A DNA stretch of 64,000 nt, taken from the NCBI RefSeq assembly GCF_964355755.1, contig NC_092672.1:4464001-4528000 (forward strand). Direction: 5' to 3'. Position 1 is the first letter of the stretch. Each line of letters opens with the position of its first letter. Below are positions 1 to 12,300 of the stretch, in pieces. This DNA is from Antedon mediterranea. Taxonomy: Eukaryota; Animalia; Echinodermata. The notes under the pieces are model-generated. The model ran no database searches and was not told where the DNA came from. It saw only the letters and a program-made list of their open reading frames with translations. A program made the position numbers and the translations under genes.

Positions 1-257
1 TTATATAATTGAGTTGTGTATTTTTAATAAGTCTAAATGTCAAGTCATTTCAGCTGTCAGTCAAGTGATATCTTAAAATCTTTATAGCCTCTTACTAAAA
101 TACCAATGACATAAATACACAATTAAGCCAACATTATGGAGTAAGCATCTTGGAATTTGAATCGTATTAAACGTTTTATCCTTCAGAATCTGAATTAAGG
201 TAGAAAATAATGGTATCGTACACATTATTGTAAGCATAAAGCTTGGTTCCCATAAAT

Positions 258-500
258 CTTGGTTCCCACTAAAACGCAACGTAACGCAGCGACGTATCGA
301 CGCAAAGTACTCAAAAGTACGCGCTGTACCATGTCTTTCAGTCTTCTTTTGCCTTGCATTTGTTTCGTAAAATCAAAATGATTTGATTTCCCGTAGCGAT
401 GTTTGCAGCACTGTCTGCATGTTCCCACTTGTGATTACGCAATACAGCACTTTGCGTCGATACGTCGCTGCGTTACGTTGCGTTCTAGTGGGAACCACGC
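258..500. mobile_element. MITE with ~50-bp terminal inverted repeats
   Basis: 258-308 CTTGGTTCCCACTAAAACGCAACGTAACGCAGCGACGTATCGACGCAAAGT is a near-perfect reverse complement of 449-500; no coding capacity. A degraded copy of the interior is at ~28030-28145. Confidence 0.75.
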
Positions 501-505
501 TTAAT

Positions 506-685
506 GCGTGGTTCCCACTGGCGACGTAACACAAGGACGTAACGCAACGCAAGTGAATTGACCAATCACAAGCGATGGCTTATTCGCTTGTGATTGCTAA
601 CTGTCTATAACTTCGCTTGTCATTGGTTCAAACACTTGCGTTTCGTTTACGTCCTTGCGTTGCGTCGCTAGTGGGAACCAAGCTT
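506..685. mobile_element. Second MITE with related TGGTTCCCACT termini, abutting the first across TTAA
   Basis: Left end GCGTGGTTCCCACTGGCGACG pairs with right end CGTCGCTAGTGGGAACCAAGC; internal hairpin CAATCACAAGCGA/TCGCTTGTGATTG. Related fragments at ~690-765 and ~26180-26260, and a related terminus at ~26527-26540. Confidence 0.75.
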
Positions 686-1997
686 GAGACGCAATGCATG
701 AGGCGTAGACGCAAAGTGAGTTGACCAATGACAAGCGACAGTTCGAATAATCCATCGCTGTTGATTTGAATTTGAATTACTTATTGCACCAAGCTTAATA
801 TCAGTTGTTGTATGCTTCTCACATTCGTGACAATAACAGCCGAAAAACTATAAAGTAGGCCTATCTTGTTCAAATATCTGGCTCTCGCACAAATATTTAC
901 ACGCTAATTCTTTTCTTTCAACTTTTCTGTCGTCTATAATAACTCCTACTATTTCCGTCTCTTTTATTTGTTTATGTAATGACAATTCTGATGGATAATT
1001 CGATGGAAACATTCCACATTTCATGTCATTGTTCTAATGGCGTAATGGAGCAGCTGTAGATTTTGGTAGTTTATCAATCGTAGTGTTTGAAATTGTGGCT
1101 GACATTCAGGCTTTTTCCAAGTCTAGTTATTGTCTTTCTAATGTTAGTCCACCAGTCGGCTTTTCGGTTTTACACGAGCTCAAATAATATACGTATTAAA
1201 CGCCACGCCAAAATATTTAATAATAATATTAAGTCAAAACTCGGTCTAGAACCTGGCATTTTACATAGGCCTAAATTTATTTCGAATTATACTTTAGGAA
1301 ATGATCAAATATGATATTTTCCATGAATTAACCATTGGAATCATATTTCTCTTCCTGTTGACTAATCATAATAGGTCTATAACAAAAATGCAAACAATAA
1401 TTTTATGACGCGTAATCCGAAATCCGATAATTTCACATGAAGCTAACATGAGACCAGCTTTTTCTATTATTCTATTACCAGACATCAGAAAGGCCTATTT
1501 GGGTCAAAGGTTGTTCACGTAACGTTATCTATGAGTAAATAAATATTGTTTGTTATAGATCGCATAGTGAAATAGGCTATATTAGTTCGAACGTTTCCAT
1601 ATAAAAGTTGATGGCCGACTGGACGAGCTGATCGAGGTAAGATATTATTAAAAACTCCTATTAACAGTTTCAGCAAATTATTTTGACATTGTTGAAAAAA
1701 TAAATTACTTATGGTGAAAAGTATAAGCATCACGATAGTTGAACATTTGTAGGTGATGGGTTGATTGTAATAATTGATGGAGTTGTGTATACGTGGAGTA
1801 TTACTATCTGTGTAGTTCGCTTCCAATTGTAGTATTTTTAATCATCACAAAAGAGAGTAGGTTCACCGCTTGTGCATTCAATCAATTGAGCAGCCTGTGT
1901 TTTATGAAACCGCTCAGCGAAGCCTTTTTAAGCCTTTGGGCAGATTTATGGGAGCAACAATCATCGTTATAGTTACCTTTTGATAAAAAGCAGGTCT

Positions 1998-2162
1998 AAA
2001 ACCTGTTTTGCACTAGGTAGTTGTATTCGCGCGACTCGACTATAATCGTGAGCTCTGGTTGCAGTTTGTTTTGCTACGCAAAAGTAGATGGAAATTTGAA
2101 TACGCATGCGCATAAACCGATGCTTTATTTAAGCGCAATTCGCAATAGTAAAACAGGTTTAA
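1998..2162. mobile_element. Short MITE-like element
   Basis: Termini AAAACCTGTTTTGCACT ... AGTAAAACAGGTTTAA form an imperfect inverted repeat. Confidence 0.45.
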
Positions 2163-3314
2163 CATGCAGACGATAAATGATGAGCAAATCAAAGTTCACA
2201 CTAGACTTGCTTCAAGTCTGTATTTATTGTCTTTTTTGTGTTATTCCACACGTCGTCGTTTCGATTTCTGAAAATGGATTATCCAAGCTCAAGTAATAAT
2301 ACGTATGAAACGCCATATGTGCACAAATATTTATCTTTTTACTAATATTAAGACAAAACTCCGTCTGGAGCCTAGACTAAAATCACACGAGCATGTATAT
2401 ATTCCAAACCACTACTGTATGTAAATTATGTTCTGATAAGGGTTTTTGCTGAGCAAATTTGCAAATTCTCTTCTTTTCTGGTTTAAACGCCGCGTCACTG
2501 ACCGGTTTATGTTAGCGACCCTACCACACCAGGTTATCTTTGGTTATATCATAGTCAGTAGAAAGTTACTTTCTATGTATTATGGTACCCAAGTAGGCTA
2601 TATTGATTTTGCCATCATTATGTGATATGTTTTAGGTTTTAGAGTTCAACAACTCGACGTAATCGTACATCCACATGTATACATGGAGAAATAAGTGTAT
2701 TTTTAACATGTGCAGAAGCATTAATAGCCAATTAATTATCCTTGTCTGTATAATAAATGAATTCAAAGATTTAAATAATCTTTATAATCTTTGTAAAAAC
2801 AGTAGAAAGGTAATAAGTAGAAATTATAAACAGGAATGATATCTATCTGTTACACAACGAGCCAAACACAAAGCGACCTTACATAGCTTGGCAGGGTTCA
2901 CCTGATTTAAAATAACCTGCATTATATAAATAATAATAATATTCAGTAATATAGGTACCGATTAGATACACATTATTTTATATATTTGTGTTAAGGATGA
3001 ATGGTCTCTGGAGATGGATAGAATTGCCTACTTTGCATAATTGCATTATAAATTCGATAATAAGCTAATTGAAGTGGTAGCCCTAGAGAGATGCAATGCT
3101 ATAACTGTATGCCTATATGCTGTGTGTGTGTGTCAATTTATATAATGAACCATGAACCATACTTGTGATCTGTACACGTCATTACCAATTCAGATGTATC
3201 GTAACTTAATTTGTCACATTATTCCAGATGCAAAGAAAACATCCAATATCGATGCGTACGTCTGATATATGATTCATTATTGGCAGTGGTGTTAGAATTC
3301 AAACGTAAACCTGG

Positions 3315-3776
3315 ACGTTACACGCATGTCAAATGCGAGGCAATGGTGAATAGATTATCCTGCAGATACGTCACACTCGTTTCAAATGCGAGGCAATGGT
3401 GAAATGGCTTTCCTGCACATACATCACACGCGTGTCAAATGCGAGGCAATGGTGAAGGCGGCTCTTTAAATATAAACCCTGTCCTGTAAGATACGTTACA
3501 TGCGTGTCAGATGCGAGGCAACGGTAAATGGGGGTTTCCTTTAAAAAAATGTTATCAGTACTTGCGTGTCAGATGCGAGGCAGTGGAGACATTTCTTTTT
3601 CTTTAAATAAAAACCTGGTCCCATACGTTACACGCGTGTCAAATACGCAATTGTGAATTGGTTTTCTTTATACAGATATAAACCTAGTCCTGTAAATACG
3701 TTATATAAGCGTGAATGCGAGGCGACCGTGAATTGGTTGGTCCTGCTACACGCGTGTCAAATGCGAGGCAATGGCG
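3315..3776. repeat. Degenerate array of 8 copies of a ~30-bp motif with variable spacers
   Basis: Consensus ACACGCGTGTCAAATGCGAGGCAATGGTGAA near 3321, 3372, 3425, 3497, 3559, 3629, 3706 and 3747. Confidence 0.85.
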
Positions 3777-5855
3777 TATGTTCATGCTGTACATCATAAA
3801 ATAGGAATAATTTTTAGAATGTACACATATTATTTAGCTTTAATTTCACCTGTTCCGACTAAAAGGATTAATTTGACGATGACGTAGTGATTAAGACCAC
3901 AATTATCGGTGATAAGATGATGACAATGATCAAGCTATAGTAACCAAATAACCATGATGATGTAGCAATGACGTCACAAGGGCGATAATGATGAAGACAT
4001 TAATGATATAGATACTGATGATGATGATGAGAAATACGCTGATGAATGGAAAATGACTTTGTGCCGTTAAATGTTAATAAACCTTGTCAATCGCTGTTAC
4101 AAGAGTCTTATTTAAGCGAGAAAGAAAGTAAATTGACATTGACATAGAACTTGGTAATTTTACTCGTAATTAAAAAGGTAGTAAACCATAGACAGATAAG
4201 TCTAATTGCTTGTCAGATTGTCAGACGTAAGAAAACTGATCTCTTGAACAAACACGTCCATCACTTTCTCATTCGTCTTTTATAGTAATAAATATTACCT
4301 ATTATTTATTATACCTAAGTCGTATTACCATTACCGTGTAATAGGCCCGATATTAAATGTCAGCAAAATTGAAAAAAAAAAAAACCCTTATACGTAATTT
4401 CAGCCTGTGTAATTACCAATCGTTTTCTGAGATTCATGAATTTTGATGGCAATAACACGTCTTAGAGTGTGAGTAAACGTTTCCCAGTAGAAATCATCTT
4501 ACGCCTAAGAATTGAATGTAATGATGCAGCAAGGTGAATAGGAAAAAACACACGTGCAATGAACATACGATTAGCATACCATCAAAGATTAAAATATAGA
4601 TAGATGTTTCTAAAATCGATTTTGAAGAATGAAAAGCTCAGGGCTATAATCGGTCATTTCTGTCACATGTTGCCAAAACCGAAGGAAAGAGGACATTTTA
4701 AATACAATTAAAACAATAGAGCAATTGAAATTTAATTTGTCATCGTTTCAAGTGCGTATTTCTTAGCAAAATGGACACTTTAGTTAGCTGTGAACTGCAT
4801 TCAATCTACTAAAACTTCCATTAGATGAGTTACTTGAAAAGCCCTCTAGGTAAACGGTGACGTAATCTTCCGACAAAAAGTAAATCTTAAATATCTGAAT
4901 TTGACGGTAAATAGGCTTCTATACATTATAAACGTTATAAAAAAGATTCAGATTCGATTTATTAATAAATAGTACAAAGATAATTGTAGACTCAGAGTAC
5001 CGTAACTATACTGTATAGCCAGCCGCAATCATTTTCATTTAATTTATTCAGTTATTTACAATAAAAAATCATGTTCATTTTCGGACATGCAGAAATGTAT
5101 TTTTGTTTTAATGATTTAGCTAATATAATGCAAAAAAAAAAAATGAATTTCAGGTTGGGTGTATATTATTTTCTTAGAATTTTATAGAACAAAATTATTC
5201 ATTCACAATTATTGTTGTTTAAAAATTAAAGTTTGCATTATTCTTGTTATTCGATAAATTAGAACTTTCTTTAGTGAAAGCACTTTAGTGCTCCCTCGTT
5301 TAAAAAAAATCGTAGGTCGGTCCCTGAATATTTGCAATAAAAAATAGTCATTCATTTATTTTTAGCCCGTCAAAAGGGAGATTCCGCGCCCCCGGCGATA
5401 TAGGCCTACCCCCTGGTTCCTCTCCTGATATTATTAGGCCTACAGTTAGGCCTACGAACAATCTTCTCATAGTATTCATTGTCCTCGTTTTCCTTTGTAG
5501 TCTGTAATTAATAGAGGAAATTCGTTTTATTTTTCAGAAAATGCTGATGAAAATCAACCTTTTTTAGCAGCTGCCAGTCTTGAATTAGTAACCTGTGCAC
5601 TGATTTAGTCATTTAAATTCTCCTTAATGTTGGCATGATTTTAAAAATAAAGAAGTAAAACGGTAACGTTAATTATCTGCGTCATATAGAGTGAAATGTG
5701 TACTACAAACAGCTTGATTCGATTCAGTCAGAACGCTTCACCGACGTATTCACACGGTAGTATAGTTCTCTCGTGCGTTTGCCCGGGAAAGTGGTAACAG
5801 CTTGGACGAAAATGTTCAGTACGTTCTGTTTAAGTGTACAAGATAAAGCGACTCC

Positions 5856-7013
5856 ATGATATATATTGTGTTTTTGTTTCTTGTCCGGGTGATTGCAAGC
5901 GTTGTTGTCCCATTGCTTGGGAAAATGGAGGACGTTAAAAGTTGCGTTCCATCTCTGTTCTATCAAGAATCATCGTTGATGAAATTTGTTCGTCGAAAAT
6001 GTACTTTGTTGAAATCACCGTATAAACCGACGTTATGGGCAATGAATAGGCATGTTCAGACGGCGTTGACTCTTTTGCTGCCGACGAACGAAGAAATGAA
6101 CTACAACCGTCAGTATTTACAAATGGGTGATGGAGGGCTGGTTGCATTGGATTGGGTTTTACCAATTCATAAATTTTCAGACAAACTCAACGCGAAAACG
6201 CCGCTTGTTATCATTCTACCTGGTCTTCCTTCAAACTCATTCCCAGTCAGTAATATATGTGATATCGCCAGAACCCATGGTTATAGAGTAGTTATATTTC
6301 GTAAAAGAGGTCACGATGGCGTACCATTAACAACACCGAAGTTACAAAGTATTGGCGATTGTACGGATCTGCGTGAAACAGTTAAATACATACGTCAACA
6401 GTATAAAAAAGCAAAGATGGCAGCCGTTGCATACGGGTCTGCCACAGGCCTTCTCCTGTCCTACCTCGGTGAATTTGGTTCATCGGCAGATTTATCAGCT
6501 GCCGTTAATATATCACCAAGTTACGATTTACAAGAACAATTTGACACGGATTTTAGAAATCCGTACAATTGGTTGATGTTGCAATATGCTAAGTTTCAAT
6601 TAAGTCAGCATGCTGGTGCGTTACTTCAAACAGTGGATTGTGACCGCGCATTTCAATCGTCTTGTCTGTCTGATTTTGAAAAAACCGTTTACGCAAAAAT
6701 GTACGGTATACACAACATGGACGAATACTGGGAGAAAAATAATCCATTGAGAGAAGTGGATGAGGTAGCCGTTCCATTACTTTGTATTAACAGCCTGGAT
6801 GATCCAATTTGTCCAGGTTCTAAGATCCCGTATGACCTATTCACAACGCTCCCTAATGCCATGTTGGTAACCACGAAACGTGGGGGTCATTGTGGATTTT
6901 TCCAGTATTTAAGACCAGAAAGCTGGGCTGATCAGTTGACTATACAGTATATAGATAGCGTTTTGCAATTTGTACATCTACAAGACGGGTTCATGAGAAA
7001 TAGTAGATTTTAA
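5856..7013 (+). CDS. ABHD15: ABHD15-like alpha/beta hydrolase (385 aa, uninterrupted CDS)
   Basis: N-terminal hydrophobic anchor; DGGLVALDW; AVAYGSATGLLLSYLGEFGSS...ISP (compare human ABHD15 AVSEGSGSALLLSYLGECGSS...ISP, from memory); YWEKNNPLREVDEVAVPLLCINSLDDP; GGHCGF. Splice acceptor TTTTTCAG at 5537 implies an upstream non-coding exon; AATAAA at 7614. Confidence 0.88.
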   Translation: MIYIVFLFLVRVIASVVVPLLGKMEDVKSCVPSLFYQESSLMKFVRRKCTLLKSPYKPTLWAMNRHVQTALTLLLPTNEEMNYNRQYLQMGDGGLVALDWVLPIHKFSDKLNAKTPLVIILPGLPSNSFPVSNICDIARTHGYRVVIFRKRGHDGVPLTTPKLQSIGDCTDLRETVKYIRQQYKKAKMAAVAYGSATGLLLSYLGEFGSSADLSAAVNISPSYDLQEQFDTDFRNPYNWLMLQYAKFQLSQHAGALLQTVDCDRAFQSSCLSDFEKTVYAKMYGIHNMDEYWEKNNPLREVDEVAVPLLCINSLDDPICPGSKIPYDLFTTLPNAMLVTTKRGGHCGFFQYLRPESWADQLTIQYIDSVLQFVHLQDGFMRNSRF

Positions 7014-8665
7014 ACAAAAGACACACTGGACAATTAAAACAAATGATGATGAGACATATTATAAGCCTACTGTTCCTATTAAAAAAAACATTTATTAGGG
7101 TTGGCCTATATTGTATTAACAACAAATATTGTTTTTCGTAGTACAGTATTGTTCGATGTTTTCATGTTGCTAAATTTCTAATGCCTTTTTTAATATCACA
7201 TTACTACAAATAAATAGGCCTAACATAGTACGAGAGAGACCGACAAAACATAATTTATAGGTACCAGCTTATAGTTAAGATTAGGCCTTTAAAATAGCTT
7301 TGTCGTTAATATAAGTATGTAGCCAGAACGTTGGGCTTGATTTTTTTTTCATTTCAGATTATATTTCACTTTGTGAATTTTAAATTTATTACTTTAGCAT
7401 AATATATCACTATTGGCCCGGATACTATTTCAAATTAGCGGTCATGGTAGTGGTTTAATGATAATAATGAGCTTATATGAAATGCTCTAGGGAGGGTAAT
7501 TTAATTAAAAGAAGAGTGTTTTCTTCTGCTTGTTTGTACTTTGTAGATTTTATAATACAAAATACTACGGTAATATTGCATTCAAATTTGTTATTACAAT
7601 TTTTGTATCTTGAAATAAAATCTTTGTTTTGTCATAGCGCCCTCTGGAAATCCCAAACTCTTTTTCTCAACCTTCTTGTGCGCGTCAGAGAACTCATGCA
7701 TGGAGTGCAGGTATAGTATAATTAACATAACGAACGTCATTAGTGATTACAAGATATGACGTTTACTTACGTAAATATTCTTATGTCTATTTTGATACAT
7801 TTGAACTTGAGAAATAATAAACGATATCATTAAAACAAACCAACTCAACTCGTCTATTTACTCAGCAATTGTATTTTGAATGAAAATACATTCGGTTTGG
7901 ATTTTCTAAAAAAAACAAAACAACTAATACCATAGGCCTACTATTTTTTTTACTGAAAATAACAATTATGAAGACGTCATTATAGTCGTTGAAAATGAAG
8001 ATGATGAAAGGAAAGGACATCGACTTTTATTCGTTGTGTGATGATAATTTATGATTATAGTGACGATGATATTATAACAATCAAAATTAATGTGATCATT
8101 TTTGTTCGACAATGATTCCTAATAAATTATGATGATGACCAAACAATAGGACGGATTAACCCAGAAAGGTATGAAATAGATTTATTATTAATAAAGACAT
8201 ATTGTGCCCCGGCCCCCTCAAACGTTGTTTTATTTTTTTTAATATGCCATTTTAATGTCACATAATAGAGCCGTAGTTATTCACTCTTTGACCAAAAGTT
8301 GGATGGAAAAAAAATATTTGAAATCAATAGGTTTTTATTTGAATTTAACCGTTTATTTTGTCTTTCTATAAATGAAAACATTTCTATTTTGTTTTTATTT
8401 CTACTTTATTAAAACTGCGAAAATGGCCTATTAAAATTATTTTTTAAATTAATCATCATTCATGTTTTTGGTTACAATACATCGGTCGACGATTTCGTTC
8501 TATTAAGGCCAATAAGGCACGATTTACAAATAGTTTCTTTCCAGGATCTATTAGAGCCTTAAACATAATGTAGACACTTTTTTTGTAATGTTTTTTGTTT
8601 TTGAGTTCGTGTTGTGTCCGTTGTTCTGCCAACAGAGCAAACAGAATTTCTATGTTTTTTCTTAA

Positions 8666-9201
8666 AGATGTATTGTCCCTTGAAACACAAAAAATGAAGG
8701 TCAAAATATTCTATATTTAAATTGGATATATCAAAGTAATATTAAAGTTATTCACTTTAAGTTAAAAATTCAAGCCAAAAACAACAAGTTTACCTAATTA
8801 ACAGGTAAATTAATTTGATCACATTTCTTCTGGAAAATTGCCGCAAGCGAAAGTAAACAAAGATTTAAAACCATGAGTATGCATTTAATGCATGATGCTA
8901 ATTAGGATTGTTTACGACTCGTAACGGTTGAGAAGGTGTTTTCACACAGATCGCGAGGAAGGTTTATGATTATGCATACAAAGCTCGTTGCATTATGAAT
9001 ATGATGCAATATGTTTTGATCGAAAACTTTCAAAGTTATTTTTAGAACTAAAAAACGTCTGTATTTCAGTTTAATGATTTTTTTTTTCGACTAATTTTTG
9101 GTGAAAGTTAATAACTATTATGATACTTCAAAATGACCCACCTTTTTTCAAAATATTAAAAAAAAAATTTTTTGAGAATTAGTCATAGGGACAATACATC
9201 T
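8666..9201. mobile_element. Non-autonomous DNA transposon, Kolobok-like (TTAA target, AG...CT termini)
   Basis: TTAA|AGATGTATTGTCCC at 8662-8679 is the inverted repeat of GGGACAATACATCT at 9188-9201; the right flank (TGAT) is degenerate. A similar decayed terminus is at ~8194. Confidence 0.55.
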
Positions 9202-9321
9202 TGATACTTGACTTGACTTATTAATTCGGCTGATATGAGAAAAACCCTGGCAACCTTTACTGACACACATGGTAATTTCTTTCCAACCGGCGGACCGGAG
9301 AAAAAATTTTAGCTGAGCAAA

Positions 9322-12300
9322 ATGGCAGCATTATTCGCACTTAACGCCCGAAATCTTGGAAAAGGTAAGCTTTATGTCACTTTTAATAATATTTTGCATA
9401 ATATTTTATAGATGTAGTTGTTTTTGTGTAATTTTTATAGCTTTAAATTATGTTTAACGTAAAGGCTAGGCTAAGCTAGGTCATTTAATAATAATGTTTC
9501 CGCTCGAGCTGCTAACGGGAAAAGTCGTCGCGATTAGATGAGCTTTCCGTCCAGAGAGATGGTGACCTAGGCCTACACGTTTTATATTTCGTAAATAAAT
9601 AATTGACTTTACAATTATGATAACTTTGGTTTCATAGGTATTCAACAATGTATACTACAACAATGTTGCTTATCACAAAGTCTGACTAACACAGCTAGAA
9701 AGGTGAGTTATTTATTTAAATTGAAAAATAAATCTAGCCTGTACTAGTACAGGCCTAGCTAGTAGGATAGTACTATCAGCTATAGGTAGGCTAGCTACTG
9801 AATACACTATAGTAGCTAGCCTAGTAAATAGTATAGTAGAGGGCTTTCTGTAGCTAGGCTTGCTAAGGTTTATTACATATTTCATTTTATATATTTGTTT
9901 AATCTTTGATGACTATTATTATTAATGATTTATTAACAAGAAAATTTGTAATAATATTTAATAAATTTCATACCAATCAAATTAAAATAAAATTTTAATC
10001 TGCATCTTTTATAATAAATGAATAAATTTCTATATTTTTTTCTCAGAGTGAATTAATGAGAAGAGCAGCACGTTTATATGCTACGGATGCTAAAGCAAAG
10101 TATGAAAGAACAAAACCTCATGTTAATGTAGGAACAATCGGACATGTTGATCATGGGAAAACAACTTTAACGGCAGCAATTACAAAAGGTTTGTGTAGTG
10201 AATATATCTTAGTTGGTTCCGAGCTTTCTCAGGCGTATATATATAACTCCACGCGACGTACACAGCTGTCACTGAATGATAACTTATACAAAAAGTATAT
10301 TTAACACAACTAGAACTTTTATTCCTTGTAATTCGATTAATACATCTTTCTACCACTACCAGTCAAGCCTTATTTTCCTTATCATCTTTCCGTTTATCTA
10401 CTCTGATCTTATTCTCTCTTCTCCTTTATCTACTCTGATCTTATTCTCTCTTCTCCTTCATCTACTCTGATCTTATTCTCTCTTCTCCCCTTAATATCTA
10501 TTACATTCCACTTTTATACTGGATATGCAAATTTTAGGCTTCAGAGGAGGATAACATTTTCTCTCCAAAATTTATACGATTTTGATTGGCTAATAATAAG
10601 GCGGACCTGGTCTAAAGCATCCTTCTCTAAACACAGAGAATCACAACATAATAATATGACAGTTTGTTTCAGGGTTGTAATGTCAATAATGTTCATATCT
10701 TTAAATTAAAGCACTGTGATAAAACAGTTTAAAATTGTACAAATTTAGAAGGTTTCACATACACTATGAATCTGTAAAGTAGAACCCATATGTGGACACA
10801 TTCACGTCCTCTTAATACAGGTTTAATAGAATTTGGCCGTAGTCCTAAACATATATTAATCCTTGTTGTTTCATAATGCACTTGTCAATTGTATGACCCA
10901 CTATACGACCCCCGGGAGAGGTGCGTCATTTGTCCGATGTGCATCATACCTTATGAATACCATGACGCACATGTGCGTAAAAAAATGTGACCTACCTTTA
11001 GTTGACCATGACGCACCCATTTTGACGCACTGTGACCATGTTTTTTATGATATTTTTAGTGGTAAAGTGACGGACATTGACACACCATCGTTCATTGATG
11101 TGATGTACCTGTTAGGTTTTTTTACGCACCCCTGCGTTAGTAATTATTTGTAAATGATGCACCTCTCCCAGGGGTCGTATAGTGGGTCATACAATTGACA
11201 AGTGCGTAAGTCTGTCCCCTGAATAAGTCTGTCCCCTGAATAAGTCTGTCCCCTGAATAAGTCTGTATCTTGAATATAAGTGTTGTCCCTGATTAAGGAT
11301 TCTACTGTAATACATTAAACCCTTCTCCTTTTATAAAACACTGAGCACTATTATTTAGTAATTTATTTATTATTTTAATACAATAATATTTCTCTAATAG
11401 TTTTATCAGAAGAAGGAGCATCAACATTTCACAAATATGACGATATTGATAACGCACCAGAAGAAAAAAAACGAGGCATTACGATAATAGCCGCACATGT
11501 AGAGTATGAGACGCCCAACAGACATTATGCCCATACAGATTGCCCAGGTCACGCTGATTATATTAAGGTACGTGTGAGAATATGAAAGTCACGACAGACA
11601 TTATAGTCATGCAAATATAGCTGAGAATATGAAAGTCACGACAGACAATATAGTCATGCAAATATAGCTGATGTTATAGTATGTGTAATAAAACCGTTGG
11701 ATTTACTTTTGCAGGAAATAAAAATAATTATCAACTAAATGTAATGCAAGTCTAAATCCTGAAAGTTGTTGCAATGTAACATAACTCTCTCATTCCAAAT
11801 ATTTATCCTATGCCCCTGGATGCATTATTTTTTTTCCCAATGAGGTTAAGGCAGAAGTCATGAATAATGCATTACCTTAATTATTTTCTATTATAAAGAA
11901 TTCCTAAATATATAACTATAACTTAGTCCTCTAAATAATCTCTTAACTATTAAACAAGACATAGTAATGTTGAGAATTGAACCCAGGACTAGTGTCTTAG
12001 TCTGAAGCCTCAGCCACTAGACCAAACTTTTTTTGACAAATCTCTCCATACTTAAAAAGCTCCCCTGTATCTCCTAATTTAAGTCATAATTATTCCCATG
12101 AATTATTCATGCTTTCTGTTATAAACTCATAGTGGAAAAAATAATGCCCCCTGGACACCATGCTTTTAAAAAATTATCGAATACATATAGAAATTTTGAA
12201 ATTATTATTTTCACAGAACATGATTACTGGGACAGCGCAGATGGAGGGAGCAATCCTGGTTGTAGCGGCAACCGATGGCCAGATGCCACAGACAAGAGAA

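Noticed and set aside
3315-3776. CRISPR array
   Set aside because: Eukaryotic context, no cas genes, degenerate repeats, and spacers of unequal length that resemble one another.
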